Shown: positions 17,445 to 28,174, numbered from the stretch's first letter. The stretch: 64,000 nt of DNA from Nitrospirota bacterium (GCA_963663225.1 OY760142.1:800001-864000); one strand, 5' to 3'. Program-made: numbers and translations. The notes: a model not told the origin generated them from the sequence alone.

Positions 17445-18512
17445 ATGAACCCTGTAAATCAGCTGAAAATTTCACTGGTCGTTCTCCTCGCTCTCGTCTC
17501 TCTCGGCACAGCAGGATATATGTTTATTGAGTCGTGGTATTTCCTTGACGCCCTTTACATGACGGTCATCACGCTCGCCACCGTAGGGTTTAAAGAAGTC
17601 CATGATCTGAGTGATGCGGGAAAAATCTTCACCATATTGCTGATCGTTTTCGGAGTGTCCGTCATCGGCTTCGCCTTAAGCAAGCTCGCCCAGATCATGT
17701 TTGAAGGACAGCTCCAGCGTTTTATCGGGAGGAAAAAATTGGAAAAATCCATAGACAGTCTGACCGGTCATTACATCGTTTGCGGCTACGGAAGAATCGG
17801 ATCCCTTATTTGTAAAGAGTTCGCCGCCAAACCTATTCCTTTCGTCGTTGTGGAAAACGATCCTATCGTCCTTGATAAGCTTGAAACGGACTCCCATCTT
17901 TTTCTCCGCGGCGATGCTACGGAAGATGAAGTCCTTCTCCAGGCTGGAATTAAACGTGCAAAAGGCCTGGTATCGGTGGTCAACTCAGATACGGAAAACG
18001 TTTACATTACCCTTACCGCACGCGGGCTCAATCCGGATCTTTATATTCTTGCGCGTTCCAGTGAAACAGGCTCGGACATAAAACTCAAGCGGGCGGGAGC
18101 GAGCAAAGTCATTTCACCGTATCACATCGGCGGCAACCGCATGGCCCAGGCCATTCTGAGACCAAACGTAGTTGACTTCATCGAGATAGCCACCGGCCGG
18201 GACCATATTGATCTGCAGATGGAGGAAATACTGATACCACAGCAGTCCCCGTTCGCGGGCCAAAACCTGCTGCAGGCCGGTCTCCGCAAAGAAACCGGCG
18301 TTATCATCGTCGGCATAAAAAAAGCAACCGGGAAAATGGTTTTTAATCCCGACTCAACTACCCTCCTTGAACCCGGTGATACGCTCATCGTTCTCGGTCC
18401 GCCGGCATCAATAGCAAAGCTCGAAAACCTTTTTTCCAGCAATGCTTCAAAAGAAAAGGTCCCGGCGATCAAGAAACAGCGTCAAAAAATTGAGAAACGA
18501 AAGCCCGTGTAA
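17445..18512 (+). CDS. 2-TM potassium channel with RCK (TrkA-N/TrkA-C) domains
   Basis: DALYMTVITLATVGFKE pore region; IVCGYGRIG Rossmann motif; GDAT; VFNPD TrkA-C. Confidence 0.9.
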   Translation: MNPVNQLKISLVVLLALVSLGTAGYMFIESWYFLDALYMTVITLATVGFKEVHDLSDAGKIFTILLIVFGVSVIGFALSKLAQIMFEGQLQRFIGRKKLEKSIDSLTGHYIVCGYGRIGSLICKEFAAKPIPFVVVENDPIVLDKLETDSHLFLRGDATEDEVLLQAGIKRAKGLVSVVNSDTENVYITLTARGLNPDLYILARSSETGSDIKLKRAGASKVISPYHIGGNRMAQAILRPNVVDFIEIATGRDHIDLQMEEILIPQQSPFAGQNLLQAGLRKETGVIIVGIKKATGKMVFNPDSTTLLEPGDTLIVLGPPASIAKLENLFSSNASKEKVPAIKKQRQKIEKRKPV

Positions 18513-18679
18513 AAAACGGCGTACCGTGAGTGGAGCCCCTCCGGCAGGAGCCGGGGGATTCCTTGTCGCTGGGATTGAGTGTTCTTTATGGAAGCAAAGC
18601 AGCCCGGAAGAACAGCGGGCAGTGCCGGAAAACTTTTTTATGTAGAAATATCCCACCGCGCCTGCCGCGCCTTTTTGCC

Positions 18680-18707
18680 TTGACATTTGTCAGCCGTCCC
18701 CTATAAT
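18680..18707 (+). promoter_or_regulatory. consensus sigma70 promoter of gmhA
   Basis: TTGACA-16 bp-TATAAT. Confidence 0.8.
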
Positions 18708-18740
18708 AACCACCGTCTCAAATTTCAGGCGGAATTCACC

Positions 18741-19322
18741 ATGAAAGATGCAATAACGAAGATCTTTGAAGAGAGCGCCCAGCTCAAAATCAAGTTCGTC
18801 CGCGAAAACGTCGATAAGATCATCGACGTTGTGCAGCTGATTGCACAGGCGTTCCGGGAAGGGAAAAAGGTCATTCTGTTCGGCAACGGTGGAAGCGCCA
18901 CTGATGCGTCACATATTGCCGCGGAATTCGTGAACCGCTTCCTGCTGGAGCGGCCGCCGCTCCCCGCAATCGCTCTGAATACGGACGTCGCCGTTCTCAC
19001 CAGCATCAGCAACGACTACGACTACTCTCAGGTATTTTCCAAACAGCTTGCGGCCCTCGGCCATGAAGGCGATGTGGTGATCGGCATCAGCACGAGCGGG
19101 AACTCCCCCAATGTCCTCAAGGCACTGGAAGTAGCGCAAAAGAACGGCCTGAAAAGCGTCGTGCTGACCGGCGGCACGGGCGGCAAGCTTGCAAACATAG
19201 CGGATTACACCTTCATCGTTCCTTCCAAAGTTACGGCGCGGATCCAGGAAACGCATATCACGCTCGGCCACGCCATCTGCCAGATGGTGGATGAAGCGCT
19301 GTTCGGCAATCTGCGGCGGTAG
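18741..19322 (+). CDS. gmhA: D-sedoheptulose-7-phosphate isomerase
   Basis: GNGGSATDASH, ISTSGNSPN, TARIQETH. Confidence 0.95.
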   Translation: MKDAITKIFEESAQLKIKFVRENVDKIIDVVQLIAQAFREGKKVILFGNGGSATDASHIAAEFVNRFLLERPPLPAIALNTDVAVLTSISNDYDYSQVFSKQLAALGHEGDVVIGISTSGNSPNVLKALEVAQKNGLKSVVLTGGTGGKLANIADYTFIVPSKVTARIQETHITLGHAICQMVDEALFGNLRR

Positions 19323-19328
19323 ACGGAC

Positions 19329-20258
19329 ATGAAAAAAATAGACCCTTCCAAAGTAAAAACCTATTCGCTGAAAGGCCGTGCCAGCAAAGTAACGATTGAT
19401 GATTTTTCCAAGCCCTATCAGAAGGGCGGCACCTTCCGCGATTTTCTCTCTTCTCTGCCGGACATCCTGGCTTCCAAACATTTCAAAGACGTTGCTGCGG
19501 CAATCGTTCAAGCCCGGAAGAACAACCGTCCGGTCATGCTCGGGATGGGCGCACATTCGATTAAAGTAGGATTGAGCCCGGTGATCATCAACCTTATGGA
19601 GCGCAATATCATTACCAGCCTCTCGCTGAACGGCGCCGGAATCATCCATGATTTCGAACTTGCGTTCATCGGCCAAACGTCCGAGGACGTTGACAAGGAA
19701 ATTCTCTCAGGCGCGTTCGGCATGGCGGAGGAAACCGGCAGCCTTCTGAACCGGGCAATCCGCTCGGCAGGCGCCGGCGAAGGAATCGGCGCGGCCATCG
19801 GCAAAATGATTCACCAGAGTGATTTCCCGCATAAGGACAAAAGCCTCCTGGCCACCGGACATCGTCTGGGCGTTCCGGTGACCGTGCATGTCGCCATCGG
19901 CACCGACATCATCCATATGCATCCGTCTTTTGACGGGAAGGCGACAGGCGAAGCGTCCCACAGGGATTTCCTCACCTTTTGTTCCCTCGTTGCGGATCTG
20001 GACGGTGGAGTTTATATCAATCTCGGGTCTGCCGTGCTTCTCCCTGAAGTTTTTCTGAAAGCGGTGACCCTTGCCAGAAATCTCGGCCATTCCCTCAGCC
20101 GTTTCACAACGGTAAACATGGATTTTATGCAGCACTACCGTCCGAACACCAATGTCGTTCGGCGCCCCACACAGGGAGGCGGCAAAGGCTATTCGCTCAC
20201 CGGTCATCACGAAATCATGCTTCCCCTGCTTGCAGCCGCAATCATCGAACAGCTGTAG
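19329..20258 (+). CDS. uncharacterised deoxyhypusine-synthase-like fold protein
   Basis: LGMGAHSIKVG, NGAGIIHDFE, GTDIIHMHP, GSAVLLPEVFLK, GHHEIM; 6 bp after gmhA. Confidence 0.6.
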   Translation: MKKIDPSKVKTYSLKGRASKVTIDDFSKPYQKGGTFRDFLSSLPDILASKHFKDVAAAIVQARKNNRPVMLGMGAHSIKVGLSPVIINLMERNIITSLSLNGAGIIHDFELAFIGQTSEDVDKEILSGAFGMAEETGSLLNRAIRSAGAGEGIGAAIGKMIHQSDFPHKDKSLLATGHRLGVPVTVHVAIGTDIIHMHPSFDGKATGEASHRDFLTFCSLVADLDGGVYINLGSAVLLPEVFLKAVTLARNLGHSLSRFTTVNMDFMQHYRPNTNVVRRPTQGGGKGYSLTGHHEIMLPLLAAAIIEQL

Positions 20259-20310
20259 GGTTCACCCCGCTTCTACCCGGCACAAACCCGTTCAAAACTG
20301 TCGTTTTTTT

Positions 20311-20339
20311 TTGCCAATAGTTTTAAAATAGTTTATAGT
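20311..20339 (+). promoter_or_regulatory. sigma70 promoter of icd
   Basis: TTGCCA-17 bp-TATAGT. Confidence 0.6.
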
Positions 20340-20408
20340 AACGATCATTTTCGTGACAGCCACGTGTTCCTGATACGGACACGCAGTCACTAGCATCAGG
20401 GAGGAATT

Positions 20409-21623
20409 ATGGCTGCAAAAATAAAGGTGAAACATCCCGTTGTCGAAATGGACGGAGATGAAATGACGAGGATAATCTGGCAGATGATCAAAGACAGACT
20501 TATTCTGCCGTTCCTCGATATTGACCTGAAATATTTTGACCTCGGAATAAAACACCGGGACGACACGGACGATGCCGTCACCAAAGAAGCCGCGCTCGCC
20601 ATAAAAGAATATGGCGTCGGCGTAAAATGCGCGACCATAACCCCGAACGCAGGCCGCGTGGCGGAGTATAACCTCAAAAAAATGTGGGCAAGCCCGAACG
20701 CGACCATCCGGTCCATTCTTGACGGAACAGTGTTCAGAAAACCGATTATCATGAAAAACATCCCGACCGGGGTGAAATCATGGCAGAAGCCGATCGTGAT
20801 AGGCCGTCACGCATATGGAGATATTTATAAGAGCACCGAATATGTCGTTCCCGGAGCAGGCACCGCGGAACTGGTCTTCACCCCTGCGAACGGCGGCGAA
20901 AAAAAGACCCTGACAATCCACCGGTTCGAAGGTCCCGGTGTGGTCATGGGAACGCATAACACCGAAAAATCCATCAGAAGTTTTGCGAAAGCGTGCATCC
21001 AGTATGCCGTTTCGTCAAAAGTAGATCTCTGGTTCGCCACAAAAGACACTGTTTCAAAGCTGTACCACGGCTTTTTCAGAGACATCTTCACGGAAGAAGT
21101 TGCCGGGGCAAAACACCAGTTCGAACAGGCGGGCATCGGATATCACTACTTCCTGATTGACGACGCGGTAGCGCAGATCGTAAAGTCGCAAGGCGGCATG
21201 CTCTGGGCCTGCATGAACTACGACGGCGATGTTATGTCGGATATGGTCGCAACCGGATTCGGGAGTCTCGGCCTCATGACATCGGTCCTCGTGTCTCCCG
21301 AGGGGAAATTCGAGTATGAAGCAGCGCACGGCACGGTGACGAGGCATTATTATCAGCACCTTAAGGGCAATCCGACTTCCACCAACTCTATCGCCTCAAT
21401 CTTCGCCTGGACGGGGGCTCTTGCAAAACGGGGCGAGCTCGACGCCACACCGGACGTCGTCGCCTTTGCAAATACTCTTGAACGGATCATCATTGAAACC
21501 GTCGAAGGCGGCATCATGACAAAAGACCTGACGGCAATTGCACAGCCGCCCGTGTCGCGTCCTGCCCAGACCGGCGAGTTTATCGATGTTGTTGCCGAAC
21601 GGCTTAAAAAGCACCTCAGTTGA
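20409..21623 (+). CDS. icd: NADP-dependent isocitrate dehydrogenase (type II, eukaryote-like)
   Basis: [42 protein letters not shown]. Confidence 0.95.
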   Translation: MAAKIKVKHPVVEMDGDEMTRIIWQMIKDRLILPFLDIDLKYFDLGIKHRDDTDDAVTKEAALAIKEYGVGVKCATITPNAGRVAEYNLKKMWASPNATIRSILDGTVFRKPIIMKNIPTGVKSWQKPIVIGRHAYGDIYKSTEYVVPGAGTAELVFTPANGGEKKTLTIHRFEGPGVVMGTHNTEKSIRSFAKACIQYAVSSKVDLWFATKDTVSKLYHGFFRDIFTEEVAGAKHQFEQAGIGYHYFLIDDAVAQIVKSQGGMLWACMNYDGDVMSDMVATGFGSLGLMTSVLVSPEGKFEYEAAHGTVTRHYYQHLKGNPTSTNSIASIFAWTGALAKRGELDATPDVVAFANTLERIIIETVEGGIMTKDLTAIAQPPVSRPAQTGEFIDVVAERLKKHLS

Positions 21624-21635
21624 AAGGAGTAGTAC

Positions 21636-23972
21636 ATGGTAGTGCTGTTAAACAAGGGAGTTTATCTTTTACGCGGCGCCGTTGTCGTTGAACAGACGGA
21701 AAGCCTGAACATTCAGGAAATAAACAACCATTTAAAAAATGCACAATACGCTCCGCTGCCGGACCAGGCAATCAGCAGAGAGATGGCCCGAGCCGGCACG
21801 ATCGCATATCAGATTATAAGCGCCCATAACACTTCGGGCGATGGAAACAGCCTGAAGCTGCGCTTTGACGCGCTTGCATCGCATGACATTACCTATGTGG
21901 GAATAGTCCAAACGGCGCGAGCCAGCGGCCTTAAGGAATTTCCCATGCCTTACGCGCTGACAAATTGTCATAACAGCCTGTGTGCTGTGGGCGGAACCAT
22001 CAATGAAGACGACCATATATTCGGTCTTTCCGCAGCGCGGAAGTATGGCGGTATTTTCGTTCCGGCTCATCAGGCGGTCATTCATCAGTATGTCCGGGAA
22101 ATGATGACAGGCTGTGGAAACATGATCCTCGGTTCGGACAGCCATACCCGTTATGGCGCCCTCGGAACCATGGGCATCGGCGAAGGCGGCCCGGAAATCG
22201 TCAAGCAGCTCCTCAGAAAAACATACGATGTCTCGAAACCCGACGTAATCGCAGTTTACCTGGAAGGAAAACCGGCCCCCGGCGTCGGGCCCCAGGATGT
22301 TGCCCTGGCCATCATTAAAGCCGTTTTTAAAAATTCCTTCGTGAACAATAAAATTATGGAATTCGTCGGGCCTGGAATCGCCAATCTCACGGTTGATTTC
22401 AGAAACGGCATTGATGTCATGACCACGGAAACGACCTGCCTGTCATCGATCTGGATCACCGACGAAAACGTGGAAGAATATTATCGGATACATGGACGTC
22501 CCGGCGCATATCGCAAACTGTCCCCGGGCGACGTGAGCTACTATGATGGACTGATCAGACTGGACTTGAGCAAAGTGGAGCCGATGATTGCGCTGCCTTT
22601 CCATCCCAGCAATGCCTGGACCATCGCGGAAGTGAACCGCCATCCGAAGGAAATTCTTGCGGAAGTCGAAGCAGAAGGCCAAAAACAATTGGAAAGCGCC
22701 GCGCTGAAATTCCGGCTGACGGACAAAATCATCGACGGACGTCTGAAAGTCGATCAGGGCGTGGTTGCAGGCTGCGCAGGAGGTACCTTTGAAAATATTG
22801 CCGCCATGGCGGAAATGCTGCATAACAAATCCGTCGGCGCTGGAGATTTTTCCCTCAACGTCTATCCGGCAAGCCAGCCGATATACCTTGACTTGATCAG
22901 GAACGGGTCTATCGAAAAATTAATGACTGCGGGAACAGCTATAAAAACTGCCTTCTGCGGGCCGTGTTTTGGCGCGGGTGACACTCCTGCAAACCAGGGA
23001 CTCAGCATCCGCCATGTCACCAGAAACTTCCCCAACAGGGAGGGCTCCAAACCTTCCGGCGGCCAGATTGCTTCGGTTGCGCTGATGGACGCCCGGTCCA
23101 TAGCCGCAACCACCCTGAACAACGGCTTCCTGACCCCGGCCACTGAGTTTGACGCCCCCGCGGCACCGGCTTATTTTTTCAACGCGCAGGTGTATGAAAA
23201 CCGGGTATATCAGGGCGCGGGAAAGCCGATGCCTCAGGAAGAGTTGAAGTTCGGTCCGAACATTGCGGACTGGCCGAAAATGCTGCCTCTTTCTGAAAAC
23301 CTGCTGCTCAAACTGATCACGGTCATTCATGATCCGATCACCACAACTGATGAACTGATACCTTCCGGTGAGACATCCTCCTACCGGTCCAATCCGATCA
23401 AGCTTGCGGAATTCACACTGTCGCGCAAAGACCCCTCGTACGTTGCGAAAGCAAAATTCGTCCAGGAGCTGGAGTTCTCAAGACGAAAAGCGGTTGAAGG
23501 CGGCGAACTTCCGGATGCATTGAAGGCTGTCTGCACACAGGCATGCGAGGAATGCCGTACCCCCGAGGAGTTGCAGCGTTTCATTGGCAAAACCGGCCTG
23601 GGAAGCGTGATATTCGCAGTCAAACCGGGTGACGGTTCCGCCCGGGAACAGGCGGCCTCCTGCCAGAAAGTCCTCGGAGGGCAGGCGAATATTGCCATTG
23701 AATACGCCACCAAGCGGTACCGCAGCAATCTCATCAACTGGGGCATGCTGCCGTTCACGATAAAAGCGGACGCACAATCCTTACTGTTGCTCGATGCTTA
23801 TATTTACCTTCCCGGCATCCGCAAGGCTGTGCTCAATAAAGAGGATGCAATTGCAGCTTTTGTCATAAGCGGTGGAAGCAGAACTCCGATAGAACTGCAC
23901 CTGCGGAATCTCAGCCAGGATGACCGTGATATCATTTTAGCCGGATGCCTGATCAACTACTACGCCAAATAA
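21636..23972 (+). CDS. aconitase-family hydratase (YbhJ-like)
   Basis: SHDITY, TNCHNS, GSDSHT, GCAGG, FCGPCFG (three Fe-S Cys), [13 protein letters not shown]. Confidence 0.88.
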   Translation: MVVLLNKGVYLLRGAVVVEQTESLNIQEINNHLKNAQYAPLPDQAISREMARAGTIAYQIISAHNTSGDGNSLKLRFDALASHDITYVGIVQTARASGLKEFPMPYALTNCHNSLCAVGGTINEDDHIFGLSAARKYGGIFVPAHQAVIHQYVREMMTGCGNMILGSDSHTRYGALGTMGIGEGGPEIVKQLLRKTYDVSKPDVIAVYLEGKPAPGVGPQDVALAIIKAVFKNSFVNNKIMEFVGPGIANLTVDFRNGIDVMTTETTCLSSIWITDENVEEYYRIHGRPGAYRKLSPGDVSYYDGLIRLDLSKVEPMIALPFHPSNAWTIAEVNRHPKEILAEVEAEGQKQLESAALKFRLTDKIIDGRLKVDQGVVAGCAGGTFENIAAMAEMLHNKSVGAGDFSLNVYPASQPIYLDLIRNGSIEKLMTAGTAIKTAFCGPCFGAGDTPANQGLSIRHVTRNFPNREGSKPSGGQIASVALMDARSIAATTLNNGFLTPATEFDAPAAPAYFFNAQVYENRVYQGAGKPMPQEELKFGPNIADWPKMLPLSENLLLKLITVIHDPITTTDELIPSGETSSYRSNPIKLAEFTLSRKDPSYVAKAKFVQELEFSRRKAVEGGELPDALKAVCTQACEECRTPEELQRFIGKTGLGSVIFAVKPGDGSAREQAASCQKVLGGQANIAIEYATKRYRSNLINWGMLPFTIKADAQSLLLLDAYIYLPGIRKAVLNKEDAIAAFVISGGSRTPIELHLRNLSQDDRDIILAGCLINYYAK

Positions 23973-24020
23973 GAAAACCTCCGGCTTCATGGCGCGGCGC
24001 AGGCATAAGGAACGCAATCC

Positions 24021-24920
24021 ATGATCCTTAAACAAGGCACTTTATGGGATCAACTTTCGAGAGTCACCGAGCGTGCTATTGCCGCGGGCGCGCTTCTGCC
24101 TGTCCCCACGGAATACTCTTTTATCGAAGACAGTGGAATCCGCTTCCTTGTCAGAGTGCTGGCAGGCCTGGCGCAGAAACATGACGCCTGGAAAAAACAG
24201 ATTGCAGCATCCGAGACGGGGAAAACCACAAACCCGTTTCTTCCGCCTGAAAAAGAGCTTACCGTCGCAGACATTTCCGATACGCACGTAGCCGTCCTGA
24301 ACAAATTCAATGTGGTGAGACACCATCTGCTGATCATCACCAGGCAGTTCGAAGATCAGGAATCACTTCTGACGCCTGCAGACTTCGAAGCCTTCTGCCT
24401 GTGCATGGCCGAATTCAACGGTCTGGGGTTCTATAACGGCGGCAGAGCGGGGGGCGCAAGCCAGCGGCACAAACATCTTCAGATAATACCGCTTCCTCTT
24501 GCTCCTGCGGGTCCGGCCATCCCTGTCGAACCGCTGTTTCCCCAAACACCGCCTTATGAACTCAGCACCGTTCCCGTCTTTTCCTTCCTGCACTCGTTTG
24601 TACGATTGGACCGGAGACTCGCGCTGTCTCCGGTTGAAGCAGCTAAAAAAATATTCTCGCTTTACAATATCATGCTGTCCAGCGTCGGCATGACAATCTC
24701 TTCAGCAGACAGTCCCGTCCGCCAATCCATGCCATACTGTTTTCTTGCAACGCGCGACTGGATGCTGCTTGTACCGCGGTCCAGGGAATCGTTTGGAGAT
24801 ATTTCTTTAAATTCGCTGGCCTATGCAGGTTCTTTGTTCGTTCAGAGTGAACACGTGCTTGAAACACTGAAAAGCTGCGGTCCCCTGAACGCGCTGCGCA
24901 GCGTTGCCATGCCAAAGTAA
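24021..24920 (+). CDS. ATP adenylyltransferase / Ap4A phosphorylase-like
   Basis: NPFLP, LNKFNV, FYNGG..GASQRHKHLQ (HxHxQ), VPRS, NSLAYAG. Confidence 0.85.
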   Translation: MILKQGTLWDQLSRVTERAIAAGALLPVPTEYSFIEDSGIRFLVRVLAGLAQKHDAWKKQIAASETGKTTNPFLPPEKELTVADISDTHVAVLNKFNVVRHHLLIITRQFEDQESLLTPADFEAFCLCMAEFNGLGFYNGGRAGGASQRHKHLQIIPLPLAPAGPAIPVEPLFPQTPPYELSTVPVFSFLHSFVRLDRRLALSPVEAAKKIFSLYNIMLSSVGMTISSADSPVRQSMPYCFLATRDWMLLVPRSRESFGDISLNSLAYAGSLFVQSEHVLETLKSCGPLNALRSVAMPK

Positions 24921-25097
24921 ATATTGCAATATTTCTGTTTCCGACTTCTCCAGAAATTCCGTCCGTCTCTCATTCCGTCCTCTGACGCTTCCTCCTTCAT
25001 ATGTTGTGATATCATGAAACAAGGAACTGAGGATGCCGCTGATATATTTCATCCAGCGGATGTTATTCATACTACATTCGTACCAAGGAGATTTCCC

Positions 25098-25547
25098 ATG
25101 GACACGATGAAAATTTCGAGTACCGCATTTAACCAGAAAGGGCATGTTCCCGAAAAGTACACCTGCGACGGCGCCGATATTAATCCTCCCCTGAAAATAG
25201 AAAATGTCCCCGCAGGAACAAAGTCACTGGCGCTGATCGTTGACGATCCGGACGCTCCTGCAGGCACCTGGGTGCATTGGGTTGTGTGGAACATCGACCC
25301 GTCCACCCGGGAAATCAAAGAAAATTCCGTTCCAGAAGGCGCTTCTCAGGGCATGACGGATTTTCGAAGGCAGACCTACGGCGGCCCCTGTCCTCCGTCG
25401 GGCACGCACCGCTACTTTTTCAAGCTGTACGCACTCGACTCGCTGCTCACCCCCGGCCCGTGCGCAACAAAAACTGCAGTGGAAAACGCCATGAAGGGCC
25501 GCATCCTCGCCCAGGCTGAACTGATCGGGCTGTATGCACGAAAGTAG
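25098..25547 (+). CDS. YbhB/YbcL (PEBP/RKIP-like) protein
   Basis: YTCDG, DPDAP, HWVVWNI, YGGPCPP, HRYFF. Confidence 0.92.
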   Translation: MDTMKISSTAFNQKGHVPEKYTCDGADINPPLKIENVPAGTKSLALIVDDPDAPAGTWVHWVVWNIDPSTREIKENSVPEGASQGMTDFRRQTYGGPCPPSGTHRYFFKLYALDSLLTPGPCATKTAVENAMKGRILAQAELIGLYARK

Positions 25548-25657
25548 CGCCCGATGCTGCAATGTTCCCGGGGGACAGGCTTCTGTTTTTCCGGTGGAAT
25601 CCGCAGCACAAAAAAATATTTTTGTGGACAAGGCGTCGGCGGTTTCCCTGTTTTTGC

Positions 25658-25686
25658 TTGACAAAAAACACACGTTCCTGTAGATT
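25658..25686 (+). promoter_or_regulatory. sigma70 promoter of atpBE
   Basis: TTGACA-17 bp-TAGATT. Confidence 0.7.
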
Positions 25687-25733
25687 TTTAGAAATCTCAT
25701 CAGCTATTCCCTTCATTTTCAGGAGCGTGCATT

Positions 25734-26414
25734 ATGAAAGAAGCACCGTTACTTCTCCCCGAACTGCATAACATACCTGCATATGTGACCTATACCTGGC
25801 TGGCCATGGCCATTCTCATCGGTCTCGCGCTTATTGCTCGTTTCACCCTCAAGCGGGATGCTGCGCCGACCGGCATTCAGAACTTTTTTGAAACAATCGT
25901 CGACGGCCTCGAAAATTACGTCGTGGACAACATGGGCCCCGAAGGCAGGCCTTTTTTGTCGCTGATCGGCACCCTGTTCCTGTTCATCCTCGTGTGCAAC
26001 CTGATGGGCCTGATACCGGGATTCGAATCACCGACGGCAAATATCAACACCACGCTGCCGATGGCGATCATCGCGGTGGTCCTGACCCATGTCGTAGGCC
26101 TTAAAAAATGGAGATTTGCCTACATCAAGCATTTTCTCGGCCCCATGTGGGCAATGGCCTGGCTTATGTTTCCGATTGAGCTGATCAGCCATCTTGCCCG
26201 CATCGTTTCGCTCTCGTTCCGTCTTTTCGGCAACATGGTGGCGAAACATCTGCTGCTGCTGGTGCTTTTCTTCCTCTGCCCGTATTTGCTGCAGGTTCCC
26301 ATCCTCGGCCTCGGCTTGCTGGTCGCCTTTGTGCAGGCCGGTGTGTTTGCACTCCTTACCATGCTCTATATAGCGGGTTCTCTGGAAGAGGCTCATCTGG
26401 GAGCCCAGCACTAA
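25734..26414 (+). CDS. atpB: F0 ATP synthase subunit a
   Basis: NLMGLIPG, PTANIN, SLSFRLFGN (essential Arg), QAGVFALL. Confidence 0.95.
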   Translation: MKEAPLLLPELHNIPAYVTYTWLAMAILIGLALIARFTLKRDAAPTGIQNFFETIVDGLENYVVDNMGPEGRPFLSLIGTLFLFILVCNLMGLIPGFESPTANINTTLPMAIIAVVLTHVVGLKKWRFAYIKHFLGPMWAMAWLMFPIELISHLARIVSLSFRLFGNMVAKHLLLLVLFFLCPYLLQVPILGLGLLVAFVQAGVFALLTMLYIAGSLEEAHLGAQH

Positions 26415-26525
26415 GATATACTTGACCCCGGCCGGCGAACTCCCGCAAGGGACCGTCCGGGAGGTTGCACCCCGGTGATATCCGGTAAACATTGATGCAA
26501 GTTTTAAAGAAAGGAGACGGAGCGC

Positions 26526-26888
26526 ATGAAAAAAATTACCGCAATCCTCATGCTGGCCTTCATCCTGATGCTCGCCGCCACTGCAGCATTCGCAGCAGCC
26601 GAGGCAGCCCCCGAAGCGGCAAAGCCGACCGATGCATCGCACCTGCAGTTCTATGCATATGTTGAGCTTGCCTGCGCCATTGGTATCGGCATTGCTGCTG
26701 CCGGCGCCGGCGCCGGTATGGGTCATGCCGTCAGCGGTGCAGTTCAGGGTATCGCACGCAACCCGCAAACGATGGGGAAAATCATGACCACGATGATCCT
26801 GGGTCTGGCGTTGATCGAATCGCAGGTGATCTACACCCTGGTCATCATCTTCATCTTCCTCTACAACAACCCGTTCAAAGTTGTCTGA
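26526..26888 (+). CDS. atpE: F0 ATP synthase subunit c with signal-like N-terminal extension
   Basis: GxGxG glycine stretch, IARNP loop, ALIES carboxylate. Confidence 0.93.
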   Translation: MKKITAILMLAFILMLAATAAFAAAEAAPEAAKPTDASHLQFYAYVELACAIGIGIAAAGAGAGMGHAVSGAVQGIARNPQTMGKIMTTMILGLALIESQVIYTLVIIFIFLYNNPFKVV

Positions 26889-26926
26889 TTCAGCGAAAAC
26901 GGGCACCAGCTGTACAAAACGAACAG

Positions 26927-26955
26927 AAACGGGCGGCCACCTGGCCGCCCGTTTT
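26927..26955 (+). terminator. intrinsic terminator after atpE
   Basis: aaacgggcggcca-cc-tggccgcccgttt followed by T-rich tail. Confidence 0.8.
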
Positions 26956-26971
26956 GTTTGGAGATGTTTCC

Positions 26972-28174
26972 ATGAGTGAAACGTTGCAGGACAGATCTTT
27001 CACGCTCTTCTGGGGTGCGCGCGCATCCACTGCCGTTGCTTTTCAGATGTTGAGCGTTGCCGTGGGCTGGCAGATATATGCTCTTACCAACAGCGCGCTC
27101 TATCTCGGACTCGTGGGACTCGCGCAGTTTCTGCCGATGTTTCTGCTGTCTCTCGTAGCGGGGCATGTGGCAGACCGCTATGACCGGCGTGCGGTCACGC
27201 GCATCTGCCAGCTGGTCCAGGGACTTGCGGCCGGAATGCTTGCCTGGGGAAGCTTCTCCAACTGGCTGACGGAAACATCCATCCTGGCATTGGTGTTTAT
27301 TATCGGTGCCTCGCGCGCCTTCGAGGGTCCCACGATGCAGGCATTGCTGCCGAAGCTGGTCCCTTCCCATCTCATACCCAAGGCTGTTGCGTGGTCCTCC
27401 TCGGCGTTTCAAACCGCCACCATCCTCGGCCCCGCGCTCGGTGGATTTCTGTATGCTGCCGGCCCCGCTACAGTCTATACCTGCGCCTGCATACTCTTTT
27501 TGACCGCCAGCACATTTGTGGCCATGATCCGCATGAAAATTCTACCGACGCCGCAGGAACCGATAAGCCTCGCATCCCTGTTTGCAGGAATCACGTTTAT
27601 TAAAAGCCGTCCCGTGGTACTCGGCGCGATATCCATGGATATGTTTGCTGTTCTTCTTGGCGGTGCAACCGCCTTGCTGCCGATTTACGCCCGCGACATT
27701 CTCATGACCGGTCCATGGGGATTGGGACTGCTGCGCTCAGCCCCGGCAATCGGCGCATTAACCATGTCCATGTTTCTGGCCCGCCATCCTCTGAAACAGC
27801 GCGTCGGGAGAACCATGTTTTTCGCGGTCGCGGTCTACGGGATCGCCACCATGATCTTTGCCGTGTCCACCTCGTTCGTCCTTTCTCTTGCTTCTCTGAT
27901 CATACTCGGTTCCGCAGACGTGATCAGCGTTGTCATCCGCCAATCGCTGGTGCAGATCGGGACTCCTGATGAGATGCGCGGAAGGGTCAGTGCGGTCAAC
28001 TCCATGTTCATCGGTACGTCAAACCAGCTCGGGGAGTTCGAATCCGGGATCACGGCAGCATGGTTCGGCGTTGTGCCGTCTGTTCTGATCGGAGGAATCG
28101 GCACCCTTCTTATCGTCATCCTCTGGATACGTTTTTTTCCTCAGCTTCTCCATACCGACACTCTCGGTCGCTGA
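26972..28174 (+). CDS. MFS transporter (MFS_3/EntS-like exporter)
   Basis: About 12 hydrophobic segments; GHVADRYDRR motif A; PDEMRGRV. Confidence 0.9.
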   Translation: MSETLQDRSFTLFWGARASTAVAFQMLSVAVGWQIYALTNSALYLGLVGLAQFLPMFLLSLVAGHVADRYDRRAVTRICQLVQGLAAGMLAWGSFSNWLTETSILALVFIIGASRAFEGPTMQALLPKLVPSHLIPKAVAWSSSAFQTATILGPALGGFLYAAGPATVYTCACILFLTASTFVAMIRMKILPTPQEPISLASLFAGITFIKSRPVVLGAISMDMFAVLLGGATALLPIYARDILMTGPWGLGLLRSAPAIGALTMSMFLARHPLKQRVGRTMFFAVAVYGIATMIFAVSTSFVLSLASLIILGSADVISVVIRQSLVQIGTPDEMRGRVSAVNSMFIGTSNQLGEFESGITAAWFGVVPSVLIGGIGTLLIVILWIRFFPQLLHTDTLGR

